From positions 114,041 to 178,040 of the forward strand of contig JAUCBJ010008798.1 in assembly GCA_032718475.1 (NCBI GenBank): a DNA stretch of 64,000 bases, in the 5' to 3' direction. Within the stretch, counting starts at the first letter, position 1. Every line of letters begins with the position of its first letter. Shown piece after piece: positions 27,112 through 39,878 of the stretch. The notes beneath the pieces are model-generated. The model did not search any database. It saw only the letters and a program-made list of their open reading frames with translations, and was not told the DNA's origin. Position numbers and translations under genes: made by a program. This stretch comes from Nemertoderma westbladi (taxonomy: Eukaryota; Animalia; Xenacoelomorpha).

Positions 27112-29623
27112 ATGAAGTATACCTACCAGACGACAATGGGGATGGGTCCCCGGCTTGTTAGTGCCGTTAGTCTGTAAACACATGAAGTATACCAGGCGAC
27201 AATGGGGATTGGTCCCCGGCTTGTTAGTGCCGTTAGTCTGTAAACACATGAAGTATACCAGGCGACAATGGGGATGGGTCCCCGGCTTGTTAGTGCCGTT
27301 AGTCTGTAAACACATGAAGTATACCAGACGACAATGGGGATGGGTCCCCGGCTTGTTAGTGCCGTTAGTCTGTAAACACATGAAGTATACCAGACGACAA
27401 TGGGGATTGGTCCCCGGCTTGTTAGTGCCGTTAGTCTGTAAACACATGAAGTATACCAGGCGACAATGGGGATTGGTCCCCGGCTTGTTAGTGCCGTTAG
27501 TCTGTAAACACATGAAGTATACCAGGCGACAATGGGGATGGGTCCCCGGCTTGTTAGTGCCGTTAGTCTGTAAACACATGAAGTATACCTACCAGACGAC
27601 AATGGGGATGGGTCCCCGGGTTGTTAGTGCCGTTAGTCTGTAAACACATGAAGTATACCAGACGACAATGGGGATGGGTCCCCGGCTTGTTAGTGCCGTT
27701 AGTCTGTAAACACATGAAGTATACCAGACGACAATGGGGATGGGTCCCCGGCTTGTTAGTGCCGTTAGTCTGTAAACACATGAAGTATACCAGGCGACAA
27801 TGGGGATTGGTCCCCGGCTTGTTAGTGCCGTTAGTCTGTAAACACATGAAGTATACCAGGCGACAATGGGGATGGGTCCCCGGCTTGTTAGTGCCGTTAG
27901 TCTGTAAACACATGAAGTATACCTACCAGACGACAATGGGGATGGGTCCCCGGGTTGTTAGTGCCGTTAGTCTGTAAACACATGAAGTATACCAGACGAC
28001 AATGGGGATGGGTCCCCGGCTTGTTAGTGCCGTTAGTCTGTAAACACATGAAGTATACCAGACGACAATGGGGATGGGTCCCCGGCTTGTTAGTGCCGTT
28101 AGTCTGTAAACACATGAAGTATACCAGGCGACAATGGGGATGGGTCCCCGGCTTGTTAGTGCCGTTAGTCTGTAAACACATGAAGTATACCAGGCGACAA
28201 TGGGGATGGGTCCCCAGCTTGTTAGTGCCGTTAGTCTGTAAACACATGAAGTATACCAGACGACAATGGGGATGGGTCCCCGGCTTGTTAGTGCCCTTAG
28301 TTTGTAAACACATGAAGTATACCAGACGATAATGGGGATTGGTCTCCGGCTTGTTAGTGCCGTTAGTCTGTAAACACATGAAGTATACCAGGCGACAATG
28401 GGGATGGGTCCCCGGCTTGTTAGTGCCGTTAGTCTGTAAACACATGAAGTATACCAGACGACAATGGGGATGGGTCCCCGGCTTGTTAGTGCCGTTAGTC
28501 TGTAAACACATGAAGTATACCAGACGACAATGGGGATGGGTCCCCGGCTTGTTAGTGCCGTTAGTCTGTAAACACATGAAGTATACCAGACGACAATGGG
28601 GATGGGTCCCCGGCTTGTTAGTGCCGTTAGTCTGTAAACACATGAAGTATACCAGACGACAATGGGGATGGGTCCCCGGCTTGTTAGTGCCGTTAGTCTG
28701 TAAACACATGAAGTATACCAGACGACAATGGGGATGGGACCCCGGCTTGTTAGTGCCGTTAGTCTGTAAACACATGAAGTATACCAGACGACAATGGGGA
28801 TGGGTCCCCGGCTTGTTAGTGCCGTTAGTCTGTAAACACATGAAGTATACCAGGCGACAATGGGGATGGGTCCCCAGCTTGTTAGTGCCGTTAGTCTGTA
28901 AACACATGAAGTATACCAGACGATAATGGGGATGGGTCCCCGGCTTGTTAGTGCCGTTAGTCTGTAAACACATGAAGTATACCAGACGACAATGGGGATT
29001 GGTCCCCGGCTTGTTAGTGCCGTTAGTCTGTAAACACATGAAGTATACCACACGACAATGGGGATGGGTCCCCGGCTTGTTAGTGCCGTTAGTCTGTAAA
29101 CACATGAAGTATACCAGACGACAATGGGGATGGGTGCCCGGCTTGTTAGTGCCGTTAGTCTGTAAACACATGAAGTATACCAGACGATAATGGGGATGGG
29201 TCCCCGGCTTGTTAGTGCCGTTAGTCTGTAAACACATGAAGTATACCAGACGACAATGGGGATTGGTCCCCGGCTTGTTAGTGCCGTTAGTCTGTAAACA
29301 CATGAAGTATACCAGACGACAATGGGGATGGGTCCCCGGCTTGTTAGTGCCGTTAGTCTGTAAACACATGAAGTATACCAGACGACAATGGGGATGGGTC
29401 CCCGGCTTGTTAGTGCCGTTAGTCTGTAAACACATGAAGTATACCAGGCGACAATGGGGATGGGTCCCCAGCTTGTTAGTGCCGTTAGTCTGTAAACACA
29501 TGAAGTATACCAGACGACAATGGGGATGGGTCCCCGGCTTGTTAGTGCCGTTAGTCTGTAAACACATGAAGTATACCAGACGACAATGGGGATGGGTCCC
29601 CGGCTTGTTAGTGCCGTTTGTCT
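27112..29623. repeat. 66-bp minisatellite, ~38 copies
   Basis: Unit GAAGTATACCAGACGACAATGGGGATGGGTCCCCGGCTTGTTAGTGCCGTTAGTCTGTAAACACAT. Few variants; a few units carry a 4-bp insertion. Confidence 0.97.
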
Positions 29624-31065
29624 GGATTCTGAAGAAACATTGACTGTTTCATATTATTTATACGTTTTGTGACGTGAAGGGCCACTTCATTTATTTTGAT
29701 TGTTTAACAATTTAATTGATTTTTATCACGGTCGGTTCGCTTAAGTTATCATCTCTACTGATGACAAAATAATGGTGCATTCGTAAATAGTGACAGTGAA
29801 CATTGAATTAGAATATCATTGAGTTTATGAACATTTTTTGGGGTCGAATAATAATAATAAATGCTACTGCTTTTGTACTTACACTTAAAGTGTCGTATAT
29901 ACCAAGTCTGTTTATTTACCTATAAAATGTTTCTGAGTCTGACTGTCTGAGTCTGAGTGTAATTTACTCAACTTCCGGTGATTGGTGACTTTATGACGTC
30001 ATAACAAACCCCTATAACACACAATTCAGATGTCGTCAATTGTGTCGTTAGCAAAAATTGTTGCGTTTGTATCTATTAGGGGAAACGCGCTGCCGTTAAT
30101 AATCATAATAATATTAATAATATAATCTAACGATAATTTTATGTGAAATGTAAAACTACATATAAGTGCCGCTGTTAAACATCAGTTATCGTTGTTTATA
30201 TTTGCATTATTTGTAAGATTGCCATAATAATAATTAATAATTGTCTAACAATTCTATGAAGTATCAAATAATTACTGATTTAATTAATTTAATTATTTAA
30301 AAGCCGTTTTTATAATTTTTCACCATTATCCAAAATATTGTTAACTCCTCCGAGTTGGTTGCCCTGTGTTAATTGTTTTAAATAATACACCTTGGTTTCT
30401 ATGGTTACTGGTTACTCGTTCATTCCATCTATGGCGATGCTGTTGTTTGAACATTGCCAACTCTCTATGTGCTATTAATATAATAATAATTAATCCAATT
30501 AATTTCTACCTAATTATGTAACGGTTATTCTTACACTATTCGGTTTGTTCTAGAATAATAACTGATAAGGAGTGAATATTTCATTATAGATGTACTAAAA
30601 TTATTTCGCTCTTCTAGGTTTACAATGAAATTTCAAGTAATTTTAGACTTGATGGATTGGCGCATATTTTCCGAAATTTAGCCACGAAATTATTATTGCA
30701 GTTTGGCCCACAGTTTTATTCTCCTATTATTATTCTACTTCCTAGACTAAATTAATTTGTTTGATTTTATCCGATTTTTTGGACTTAGTTATTGTCCTAT
30801 CGTTGTAGGCCTGTAGTTTGTTTTTGGGTCGTCGGAAATATTAGTTTATTAGTCTCTTTATGTGATGACTCAAAGTCATTTTGTGTTTTTTTCACGAAAG
30901 ATTTTACTAGCTATATATATGATGCAATTGTTTTCTTAACATTGGGAGGGAGGGGGATATTGATAATTTGTAATTGTGGTGTAATATTATGACGTCTTAT
31001 TATTGTTTATATAAAATATAAACCGTAAATGCTGCGAAATACCATTGCTTTTATAATGCAGTTCC

Positions 31066-31097
<32 letters not shown>

Positions 31098-31137
31098 CTG
31101 GATATTGTACCGGTGGGTAGTGATGTAGTTCTACTGA

Positions 31138-31317
31138 ACGGTGGGTAGGGTACGCAGCAAACTTCGCCCGCGTCCAATATTCGCCCTCAAAATACGTGTT
31201 AAAATAACATCATCGATTATTGTTTTGTTGTTTTGGTTAGAAAAACGCGTCTCTGTAACCTGCTCCTTTGCCTCAATCGGGCGAAGGCTGGACGTGGGCG
31301 AAAACTGCACTCAACCG
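31138..31317. mobile_element. MITE carrying the core motif
   Basis: Imperfect TIR GCAG..TTCGCCCGCGTCCA / TGGACGTGGGCGAAAACTGC. Boundaries approximate. Confidence 0.65.
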
Positions 31318-32610
31318 TAGTGTAGTAGGCCAAATTAGCTAAGTAATTCGATGATATTTATTACAGGATGTACCGTACGGTTGAATAAAGTACAAAACAA
31401 GTAATAAAGCAGTAATTAACGCACGGCCTACTTTTCATCTTTCAAATACGCCATAGGGCAAATTATTTTGGTTTTCTAAACAAAATTGAGATGTTCTACA
31501 TTTTTTATAAGCGTTTAGAAACTTTTCACAGTGAACATTTTGAAAAAAAAACCCTGCCGGAATTTCATGATACCACGCACTTTACGCGGTGCCCCCCAAT
31601 CGCGTCTCTACCACACCTATAACTGCAATTTTTAGCTTTTAATATTTGTACCAAAATAAATTAATTTATAATATACCGTGCTTATTTTATATTGACAAAA
31701 CTACCAACATCAAATGCCGCAGACATTCATTACTCAATTATCATTGGTTCTTGAACTTAAATTCAAGGTATTGAATCCATTGAATACATGTCTATTGTGT
31801 AATTGTATGCTAACACTACTGTCTGTGTGTCTGCAACGCTGCCGCAAACTGCATTCATTAATAATCATTCACTGTCTGACACTCAACCTGTGCATAACAT
31901 TGCCCTGCGCACGGATTCAAACAACTAGCACCTCCTCACTGTGTACCGTATAGCTGCCCTATTGGTTTGAGTTGCCCAGGATCCATCTATGTTAAGGGGG
32001 AGGGGGTTGCTGGAGGCAGCTGTTTACTTATATTACGCCACGGCTTCTACATTACGCTGCTACTGAATGCAGCTGCTACTGCAATAAACTGGCCTGGGAA
32101 GGGAAACCGCCTTCACTTCACAAGAATACTAACAACCTTATATTCTAAGTCCGATGCTTATATTATTTTGTTATTGATTCTAAAGATGTTATTTATATTG
32201 CCTTTGAAATAGTAACGCCAAAGAAATAGTGCATGCTGCTATCTCTGTAAATATTACTGTGTTGACAGTATACCCTGGTTGTTTCTGCCACAAAGTTAGT
32301 ATAGGTCTACTTTACGAATTTTGTTGATAACAATGGAAGAATTATTCAATAGGTTTAGCGGTGAACAACATTCGAAGTATAAATAAGCAAATAATAATGC
32401 CCACAGTATTAGTCAGTACTGTTCGCATGGGCCTATAATACAGTACACTACGTTGCGTTGGCTCTACTGCTAGTGTTAGTATGAGGCCCTAACCCTAATT
32501 AGATATTGCCATTTAAAGTATTAATTAATGCTACAATGCCAGTGTGAAGGTGAAACCGAAAATTTAAATTCATTTAGGTGGTAATTGTATGGCAAATATA
32601 ACCAATAACG

Positions 32611-32834
32611 ACCCTGTGAAGAATACCAGGTCTTCACTTTTCGGTCGAAATTCTATTGGAATTTTCTATACGAAGAATTTGTATTTTTTTCTAATTTATC
32701 TTTATTAAGTGTTTTATAGCACTTATTTCTGTGTAACTTGTATAGATACTTATTCGTTTATTGTTTTGGTTAGAATCAGCCCTTCTGTAACCTGTGTTTT
32801 TGGTGAAAACCTAGTGGTATTCTTCACATGGGGT
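32611..32834. mobile_element. MITE carrying the core motif
   Basis: TIR ACCCTGTGAAGAATACCA / TGGTATTCTTCACATGGGGT. Right end reads GGG-TTAA. Confidence 0.7.
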
Positions 32835-32965
32835 TAAACTGCAAAGTGAAACATGGGCCCCTTGTGAAGTGATTTTTAGGTCCGCGTATCGACTCCACCA
32901 GTATTCACTACTTTGTTGTTGTTGTTGTTAATTTCTCGTTAGGTTTTGGTATTAAGAATTGATAC

Positions 32966-33040
32966 GGCCCCCAGTGGCTCAGTTGGCAGAGCTTGGGACT
33001 TGGAATCTCTAGGTACCGAGTTCAATCCCCCAATCCGGTG
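32966..33040 (+). repeat. tRNA-derived SINE head or tRNA pseudogene
   Basis: A-box TGGCTCAGTTGG, B-box GAGTTCAATCC and an anticodon-like loop CTTGGAA. Acceptor and T stems pair poorly. Confidence 0.6.
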
Positions 33041-33900
33041 AATGTTTTTTGTTGTAAGATTGGTAGTAAGCCATTCAAGGAGACAGTTCATGCGTTAGTA
33101 GACTCGGACCTTTGCGCGATTTTGTGCTTGTTAAATACAGTATTATGTCTCACTGCGCATTATATATTGAAATTATCTTTGGATTCTGTCGAATCCAAAC
33201 TGTTAAAATATACTTTTGAGTAAATTGAATCTGAACGTACTGTAAATGTATCAGAATGAGAATCAGCACGGCAACTTCAGCTTCCGGAAACCTTAGAGAC
33301 AAGTTTTTTTTTGTTAAATCGTTGAGGAGTGGTAGTGGCACGTCTTCACGTCTACCCTTCCAATAGGGCTGGTCAAGGGAGGGAAAAAACACTTTTCACA
33401 TAATGTGTTTGTGCTCAAATTTTTATGAAATGCATACATTTTTTATTATTAAACTTTTAAAATAAAAGTAGAAAAATTACTCATTTTAATCAAAAGAATG
33501 TTAGTTATTTAACTCACTTGAATAATTGCAATCAAAAACTGCACATAATAATGATACATAATCATAATATTCACATAATCATAAAAATGCACATGATAAA
33601 ATAATGAACATTAGAACATGCGCGTTACATGTTTTTTGGCTTAGCTTAGCAGGTCGGGTTACTTGATAATTTATATATCGTTCTTTATTGTCTGCCAATC
33701 ATTATTGTTTATCTATAGGCCTAGTCGCCTACACAGTAGTGTACTGCATGTACTGTACTGTAGGCCTAAAATATTGCTGTTTTCCCGTTGACTGCATAGT
33801 GCATAGCATACTGTACAGCATAGGCCTACAGTATCTCAAATGTAATAGGACTGTAGCAGGACTTTTATAAAGATTACACTTCGGAATCGAAACTTGGTAC

Positions 33901-34101
33901 GGGTGTAAACGCTACGCCGACAGCCGACAACAGCAAATATGGAAATATTGTAACCTGAGTTCGTGACTCTCGTTTATTGTTTTGGTTAGAATAACCTTCA
34001 ACTGTAACCTGTTCCTTTCCCTCAATTAATATATAACATTAATTAGCTTTACTAATGGTTGTCGGTGTTGGTTGTCGGTTGTCGGCGTAGCGTTTATACC
34101 C
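33901..34101. mobile_element. Mutator-like MITE (201 bp) carrying the core motif
   Basis: TIR GGGTGTAAACGCTACGCCGACA / TGTCGGCGTAGCGTTTATACCC. Perfect 9-bp TSD ACTTGGTAC at 33892-33900 and 34102-34110. Confidence 0.9.
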
Positions 34102-34655
34102 ACTTGGTACATAGGCCTACAGACAACAGACATAGTTAATTGTCACTTTATTCAGTTATTAGTGTATTGCTGTATTGTATTAGTTATTTATTTCCGGAGT
34201 TTTTAGTATTACAGTTTATCGGAAAAACCGTACCGGTAGGGATGGTGGGTGTACGTTGTACGGTATTCAGTTTCAGATATCATGGTATGGCAGTATGGTG
34301 AATGGCAGTACAGCAGTATGACTAGGCTACTACAGTACTAGCCTGCTAGCTACAGCATACAGAGCTATATTGCTGTATTGGCAGATTGGGCTCTATCCTG
34401 TTTGGGGGCAGCAGCCAGCCCAGCAGCCTTTTCAGAGTTCCGGTAGGTCTGTACCTGTCTGCTTGTTTAACAGTACCGGTATACTGGTATCTGACTATGA
34501 TTTATGTGTGATTTGCTGATTTGTGTTTAAATTTGGTTTTCTATGCTACAACCTGACAACATTCTGTCATTCCTGATCCTGACTCTCGCTCTCGCTTATG
34601 GCTTATTCAGTTATTGTTTTGCTGTTTTGGTTCCTTTCAACTCGCCTTTATAACA

Positions 34656-34966
34656 GGCCCGTCTAAACACCCAAATCACACCAAATTGACCAAATCACAA
34701 CAACATAACAAATCACACAAAATTACTCTAACAATTCTAATTTTTATTTTTTCAAATCGTTTATTGTTTTGGTTCCTTCTGGCTACCACCTGACCACTGT
34801 AACATGCTCCTTTACTTTTCAATTTTTTTTTCTGGTTTGTTTATCATTCGGTGTGATTTGGTTTGGTGTGATTTCCTGCAGTCATGGATAATTGGTTTTG
34901 GGATTATTTTTTGTTATTTGGTTTGTGATTTGGTGACTTGGTGTGATTTGGGTGTTTAGACGGGCC
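34656..34966. mobile_element. MITE carrying a long-spacer variant of the core motif
   Basis: ~29-bp TIR GGCCCGTCTAAACACCCAAATCACACCAA, with CAAATCAC sub-repeats. Flanks CTTTATAACA / CTTTATCAG form an imperfect TSD. Confidence 0.85.
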
Positions 34967-35403
34967 CTTTATCAGTTTATAACCAGCTAACTTTGATTAG
35001 TGGTGAATATAATTAATGCTACAGCATTTTGAATAGAGGTGAACATTAAATAATACTACGTACCGTATGGGTATGTATATGTAATACTACGTGTTTATAT
35101 CGTGGTTGTCTAACATCATATAATTATGTATTTTGATTAGACAGAGGTGAATATGATTACCACATAATACTACAGTATTTTGCTTAGAGGTGAACATGAT
35201 TAATACTGTACTACAGTATATTGAATAGTGATCAATACTACGGCGATTAATACCAAATACCAGGATATTTCAACCGTATGTTATTATTTCGTCCAATTAA
35301 TTTGCATATTACTGTATTATGACACTGTATATATTTTCATGTTTTATTTTATCCATATGTAATTTTAAACGATTTTAAATTTAAGCTGCATAAATCATTT
35401 TAA

Positions 35404-35577
35404 GAGGGGACCTGCATGGAAACGAGTTCTATGAACTCATGCAGTTATCCCCGTCAGAACATTTTATTAGATAATCTTTAACATATAAATGTATATTATG
35501 TATATGTTCTTATGTATATGTATTTCTGTGTATTTCATGCGTTTCTGACAATAAACAACTTCAACTTCAACTTCAAC
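35404..35577 (+). mobile_element. Probable 3' end of a LINE/SINE
   Basis: Stem-loop CTGCATG..GAGTTC-TAT-GAACTC-ATGCAG, then AATAAA and a (CAACTT)n tail. Confidence 0.5.
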
Positions 35578-36037
35578 CTCAGAACCTGCTCCTTTACTAG
35601 CCTGCCTGGTTTTGGAGGCCCCCAAACAGCCAAACACTGAAACAGGATAGGCTATTCCCCTATCACAGTATCATCTGCATACTGCAGTACTGGCCTATAC
35701 CAGTATCAAGGCCTACTAGGACTGTAGGATAACTACTAGTTTCTCCAGTCAGCTAGTAGGCCTTGACCAGTATACAGATCGGTCCCTTAAATTTTATCTA
35801 ATCATTATTTAGGCCTATTACATGTATTACAGTATTACTGTTTTACCAGTACTTTAGTTTCTACTGCACTGCTGCACTTCACTGGTTTACTTCACTTTAC
35901 ACTTAGCTGTAGAACTGACACTTTGATTCCCATCATACAGTCATAGGCCTACCATATTTGATTACCTAATAATTGATGTTACCGATATAATCTTTATTAT
36001 AATATTTATTTATAATTCCAACAAATATATTACGAAA

Positions 36038-36661
36038 ATGAGTACCGACCGCGAAGACCAAGATATGCGAATTAAATGTCAACAGAAACTCAAGACAACG
36101 ACCGACCCGGTAGAGAAACTAAGACTGCAATGTTTGTCGCGTGGGAGTACCGGCATAAAGGGTCTCGGACGCACCTTCCGTATCTATGACGACGACGGCG
36201 ACCTCGTTCTCTCCAAGGACGAGTTCAAAAAGGGAGTCAACGATTACGGATGTCAACTAACGGCGGAAGAACTAGAGGAGTGCTTCCTTGCCTTCGATAA
36301 AGACGCATCCGGGCAGATATCCTTCAGCGAGTTTCTACAACGACTTCGCCCCCCGATGAGCAAAGCCAGAATGGCGTTAATCAACACGGCGTTTAAGAAA
36401 CTCGATACGTCCGGAGACGGAATCGTTACGTCCGCCGATCTAAAGGGAGTTTACGACGCGCGAAAACACCCCAAGTATATGAACGGCGAGTGGACGGAAG
36501 ACCAGGTCTTTAATAGTTTCCTCACAGCGTTCGACACTCCCGATGATATAGATAATAAAATAACGAAGGACGAGTTCATCAACTACTACGCCGGGGTCAG
36601 CGCGTCCATCGATGGCGACGCCTATTTCGATCTAATGATGCGTCGCTCCTGGAAGATTTAG
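36038..36661 (+). CDS. CAPSL: Calcyphosin-like EF-hand protein, intronless
   Basis: DPVEKLRLQCLSRG..GIKGLGR.FR, EF-hands (DDDGD, DKDASG, DTSGDG), KHPKY..GE and YYAGVSASID.DAYF..MMR..WK; 207 aa. Confidence 0.93.
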   Translation: MSTDREDQDMRIKCQQKLKTTTDPVEKLRLQCLSRGSTGIKGLGRTFRIYDDDGDLVLSKDEFKKGVNDYGCQLTAEELEECFLAFDKDASGQISFSEFLQRLRPPMSKARMALINTAFKKLDTSGDGIVTSADLKGVYDARKHPKYMNGEWTEDQVFNSFLTAFDTPDDIDNKITKDEFINYYAGVSASIDGDAYFDLMMRRSWKI

Positions 36662-37296
36662 CCCGTCTAGGACGCCACAACAGCGTAGACACGTCGCTAG
36701 GTAACACGTTTAAACTATTTCTTTTAATATCCTCAACTCTCTATACAGATTAATGTTTTGTTTTTTATTAATAGCGAACTATATTGGTCGAACCCAGGAG
36801 GAGGACGTCTACAACTCTGTAATCGCTTTAACTCCTTCGCGTCTATAGATTTTATTCCTTATTTTTTTTCTCTAAACCTTATATTTTTTTCCCAAATAGG
36901 CAACGTGGGAGAATTAAACTCAGTTTGTGTCTGTTTTATTATATTTTAACTATTTTAACTTTATTTTAATTATTTCCGCGGTTTAAGATTAACGATATTT
37001 TATAATTTCGTCTCTACGACTGTCGTTGTTGTTCCTCTTGTGTTTTAAATGTCTAAGTTCCTAATTTACCGGTATTTCCAACACAAATGATTCAATATAT
37101 ATCCGAACTAATCATATGAATATCTCGAATCATTGTTCAAACAGTATTAATTGTTTATATTTGATATTATTAATTCGGTTTTAATTATACATATCTCAAA
37201 AAATATTTTATAATCTATCACTTAAAAGATTAATAATTTTTATTAATAACTAAACCCGTTTGTATTCCGTTTAATTTGTGCTAAAAACCGCCCTAA

Positions 37297-37371
37297 ACCC
37301 GGTTCACAATGAGACATGTTGTGCGTCTTTAACATAATCGCAAGATTTACCATAGTTTGTGTGAACCGGGT
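37297..37371. mobile_element. Possible tiny Harbinger-like MITE
   Basis: 12-bp inverted repeat ACCCGGTTCACA / TGTGAACCGGGT. Confidence 0.35.
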
Positions 37372-39878
37372 GTGAAGGTGAGAATTATTTAACTAACATT
37401 TATATAAAATGTATTACTTTTGGTTATAAAAATAGATAAGGAGTTGTATAGTTTTCTAATATAAATGAAGTTGAGATTATAAATTATTATATATGGACGA
37501 CCGCTGTTGTAAATGTTTCTTGTTTGCTTTATTTCGTAATAACAGAAATAGAACAACATAATTGTACATTTATTATTTCACTAACTTGCAATGCGCAATT
37601 AGAAACAGTTCGTAACATATAGTTTGTTTTTAAGTTTTGTTTAAAAATACGAAATACAAGTTATTGTAATCCCAATTATACTTGTGTCATCGACTGTCCC
37701 CGATTAGCACTTCGTCTCAACGACACAATCTTTCTTTCAACCCGAATAATATCTATTTTTAGATAATTTTTTATCATTCTTTATATTGTTCTATTTCTAT
37801 ACTGGCTGTGACGAGGTGGTGGCGGTTGGCTGTCGGTTCTTAGGCATTGGCCGCTGGCAATAATAAATGGCTTTTTTACTGCTATTTTGGTTAATAATTT
37901 AGTATAATAATTATTAATTATAGTTTATTTACATTTAGTTTATGTTATGTAGTTCTTCTATTTCTAATAGCATATATTGTTTTCATATTACCGGCTGAAT
38001 AAGGGTGTACCAAGCGATGGCGGAGAAACAGTGACAGACGGATGTAACCAAAACAATAAATGTTGGTTATTGTGTGGTTGCGGTCTTTCATTGGATAATC
38101 CCTCTATAGCAGCTGGTGCATCCTAATAAGCAATTGAATAATAAATATTTGAAGTCAGCTATCTGTACTGTCATTGGTTAGTACGGAGGATTGTGAGTGA
38201 TATATTGTGCATTCAATTAGATTATGAATTATTATGATTAACAGTTTACATTTATGTTTAAGTGTATTAAGTGCGCAATTTATAACCAATAGTGATTAAA
38301 ATGTTATCATTATATTATTATAATTATAAACTGAAACATTTCTTATTGATACGGAAGAGTGACGGCACCTATAATGGGACAATGGATTATTTATTACAAG
38401 GAAATAAAGTAAGTATTTCGCCATGTATCCTGTCAGACTTCGCTTCCACGTAGTGCCGGTCCGGTCCAGATGACCTAATTCAGCCTACTGCGCAGCGTAT
38501 TGCACACAAATCATGTCAGTATTGAAGCACTCTGGGAAAACCAAAGCCATCACACATTGGTGTACTAGCCTTCGAATTAATTATCTTGGTTTAATAGTTG
38601 CGGTTTTTCGGATTATCAACTCACGTTGACAACAACAACAATAATATTATTATCAATTAGTTTATATACATGTTCACAAATAAACTACTTTATTTCACTG
38701 CTCGTCTATCGTCGTCACGTGCTCTTCTGTAAGTTAATATTCATAAAAAATAAAGCTCCATGCATATTGCATATATTATCAAGGCTGAACAACAAGATTA
38801 AGTTTTTTTCTTCCATTTAATTTTCATTAATAACTGTACTGAAGCCTTTGTTACACACATATAGCGCGAGTTTATAATAGAAATAGATTGAAACATATAA
38901 AAGCTGATATGAGCCTCTTGGCTCCGACACTATATACCATTTAGTCCTGATATAAGGATTTACACTTTCTGGACCACCAAACTACGAAATAACGGCGAAA
39001 TAACCAACACCAAATTAAATAACCGAGTTACTTACAAACAATAAAAATTAGAAAATATACAAATTATATAACTTTTGGGAACATCAACAGTATTCCAAAA
39101 CTACAACAGACACCGGAAACGAAATTAATATTTTAGTTTTGCACGAATATAAAAATTAGCATAAATACAAATTATCGATTTATAAAACAAATTATTTAAT
39201 TAAACGCGTCACATTTATTTTTTTTACGAAGTCGTATAACTCGCTACTGAAAATAACTTAGACAGCAATAAAGTAATAAAAACCACGATTTTTACGTAAT
39301 GTTTATGTAATTGCATCAACATTGAATACCACCCGATATAATAAAATGTATATCTAATTGGACGGAAGAGAAAATTATTAATTATCTTTACCTTGTCCGG
39401 ACAGACCGAACGAACCCTGTGATATAAATATTTACTAAACCAGCAAGTAATACAATACAAGATTATCGATAAATAAGATACCCAGTTTGTTGGTAGTGCA
39501 ATAAATATATACATCTACAACTAAAGATAGACAGTATTACAATTAATTAATATGTTAATTAATTTATTAATTAACTTGTTACGTCAAATAAATAAGGGCA
39601 CTTTTTAAATCAAATAAATAACTACTTTTAGCACAATAACCTACGATATATTATTAAAATAAAATGACGCATTATTATATCTCGTCACTTTGATTTGCGG
39701 TTTCTGGAATGCTACGTTTCCACCTGGTATGTTCTACTATTTCTCCAAGTACACCATCTTTCATTTTCCATGCCCTCATCATTGATATATTCCCCCATTG
39801 TCCCCATATTGGACAATCACCAATTTCTGCTGTTCACACTGTATCTATGTACACTATCGCTGTGACATGTTTAACTTG

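Noticed and set aside
27094-29643. Long repetitive ORFs (up to 556 aa) or a CRISPR-like array
   Set aside because: Artefact of a 66-bp unit; no unique spacers, no cas genes, and the context is eukaryotic.
32966-33040. Functional tRNA-Pro(TGG)
   Set aside because: Acceptor and T stems do not pair properly; better read as SINE-like or a pseudogene.
38022-38060. Additional core-motif copy (AACCAAAACAATAAA at 38046); similar partial match near 23200-23255
   Set aside because: The second box is largely missing or mis-spaced, so these were not counted.
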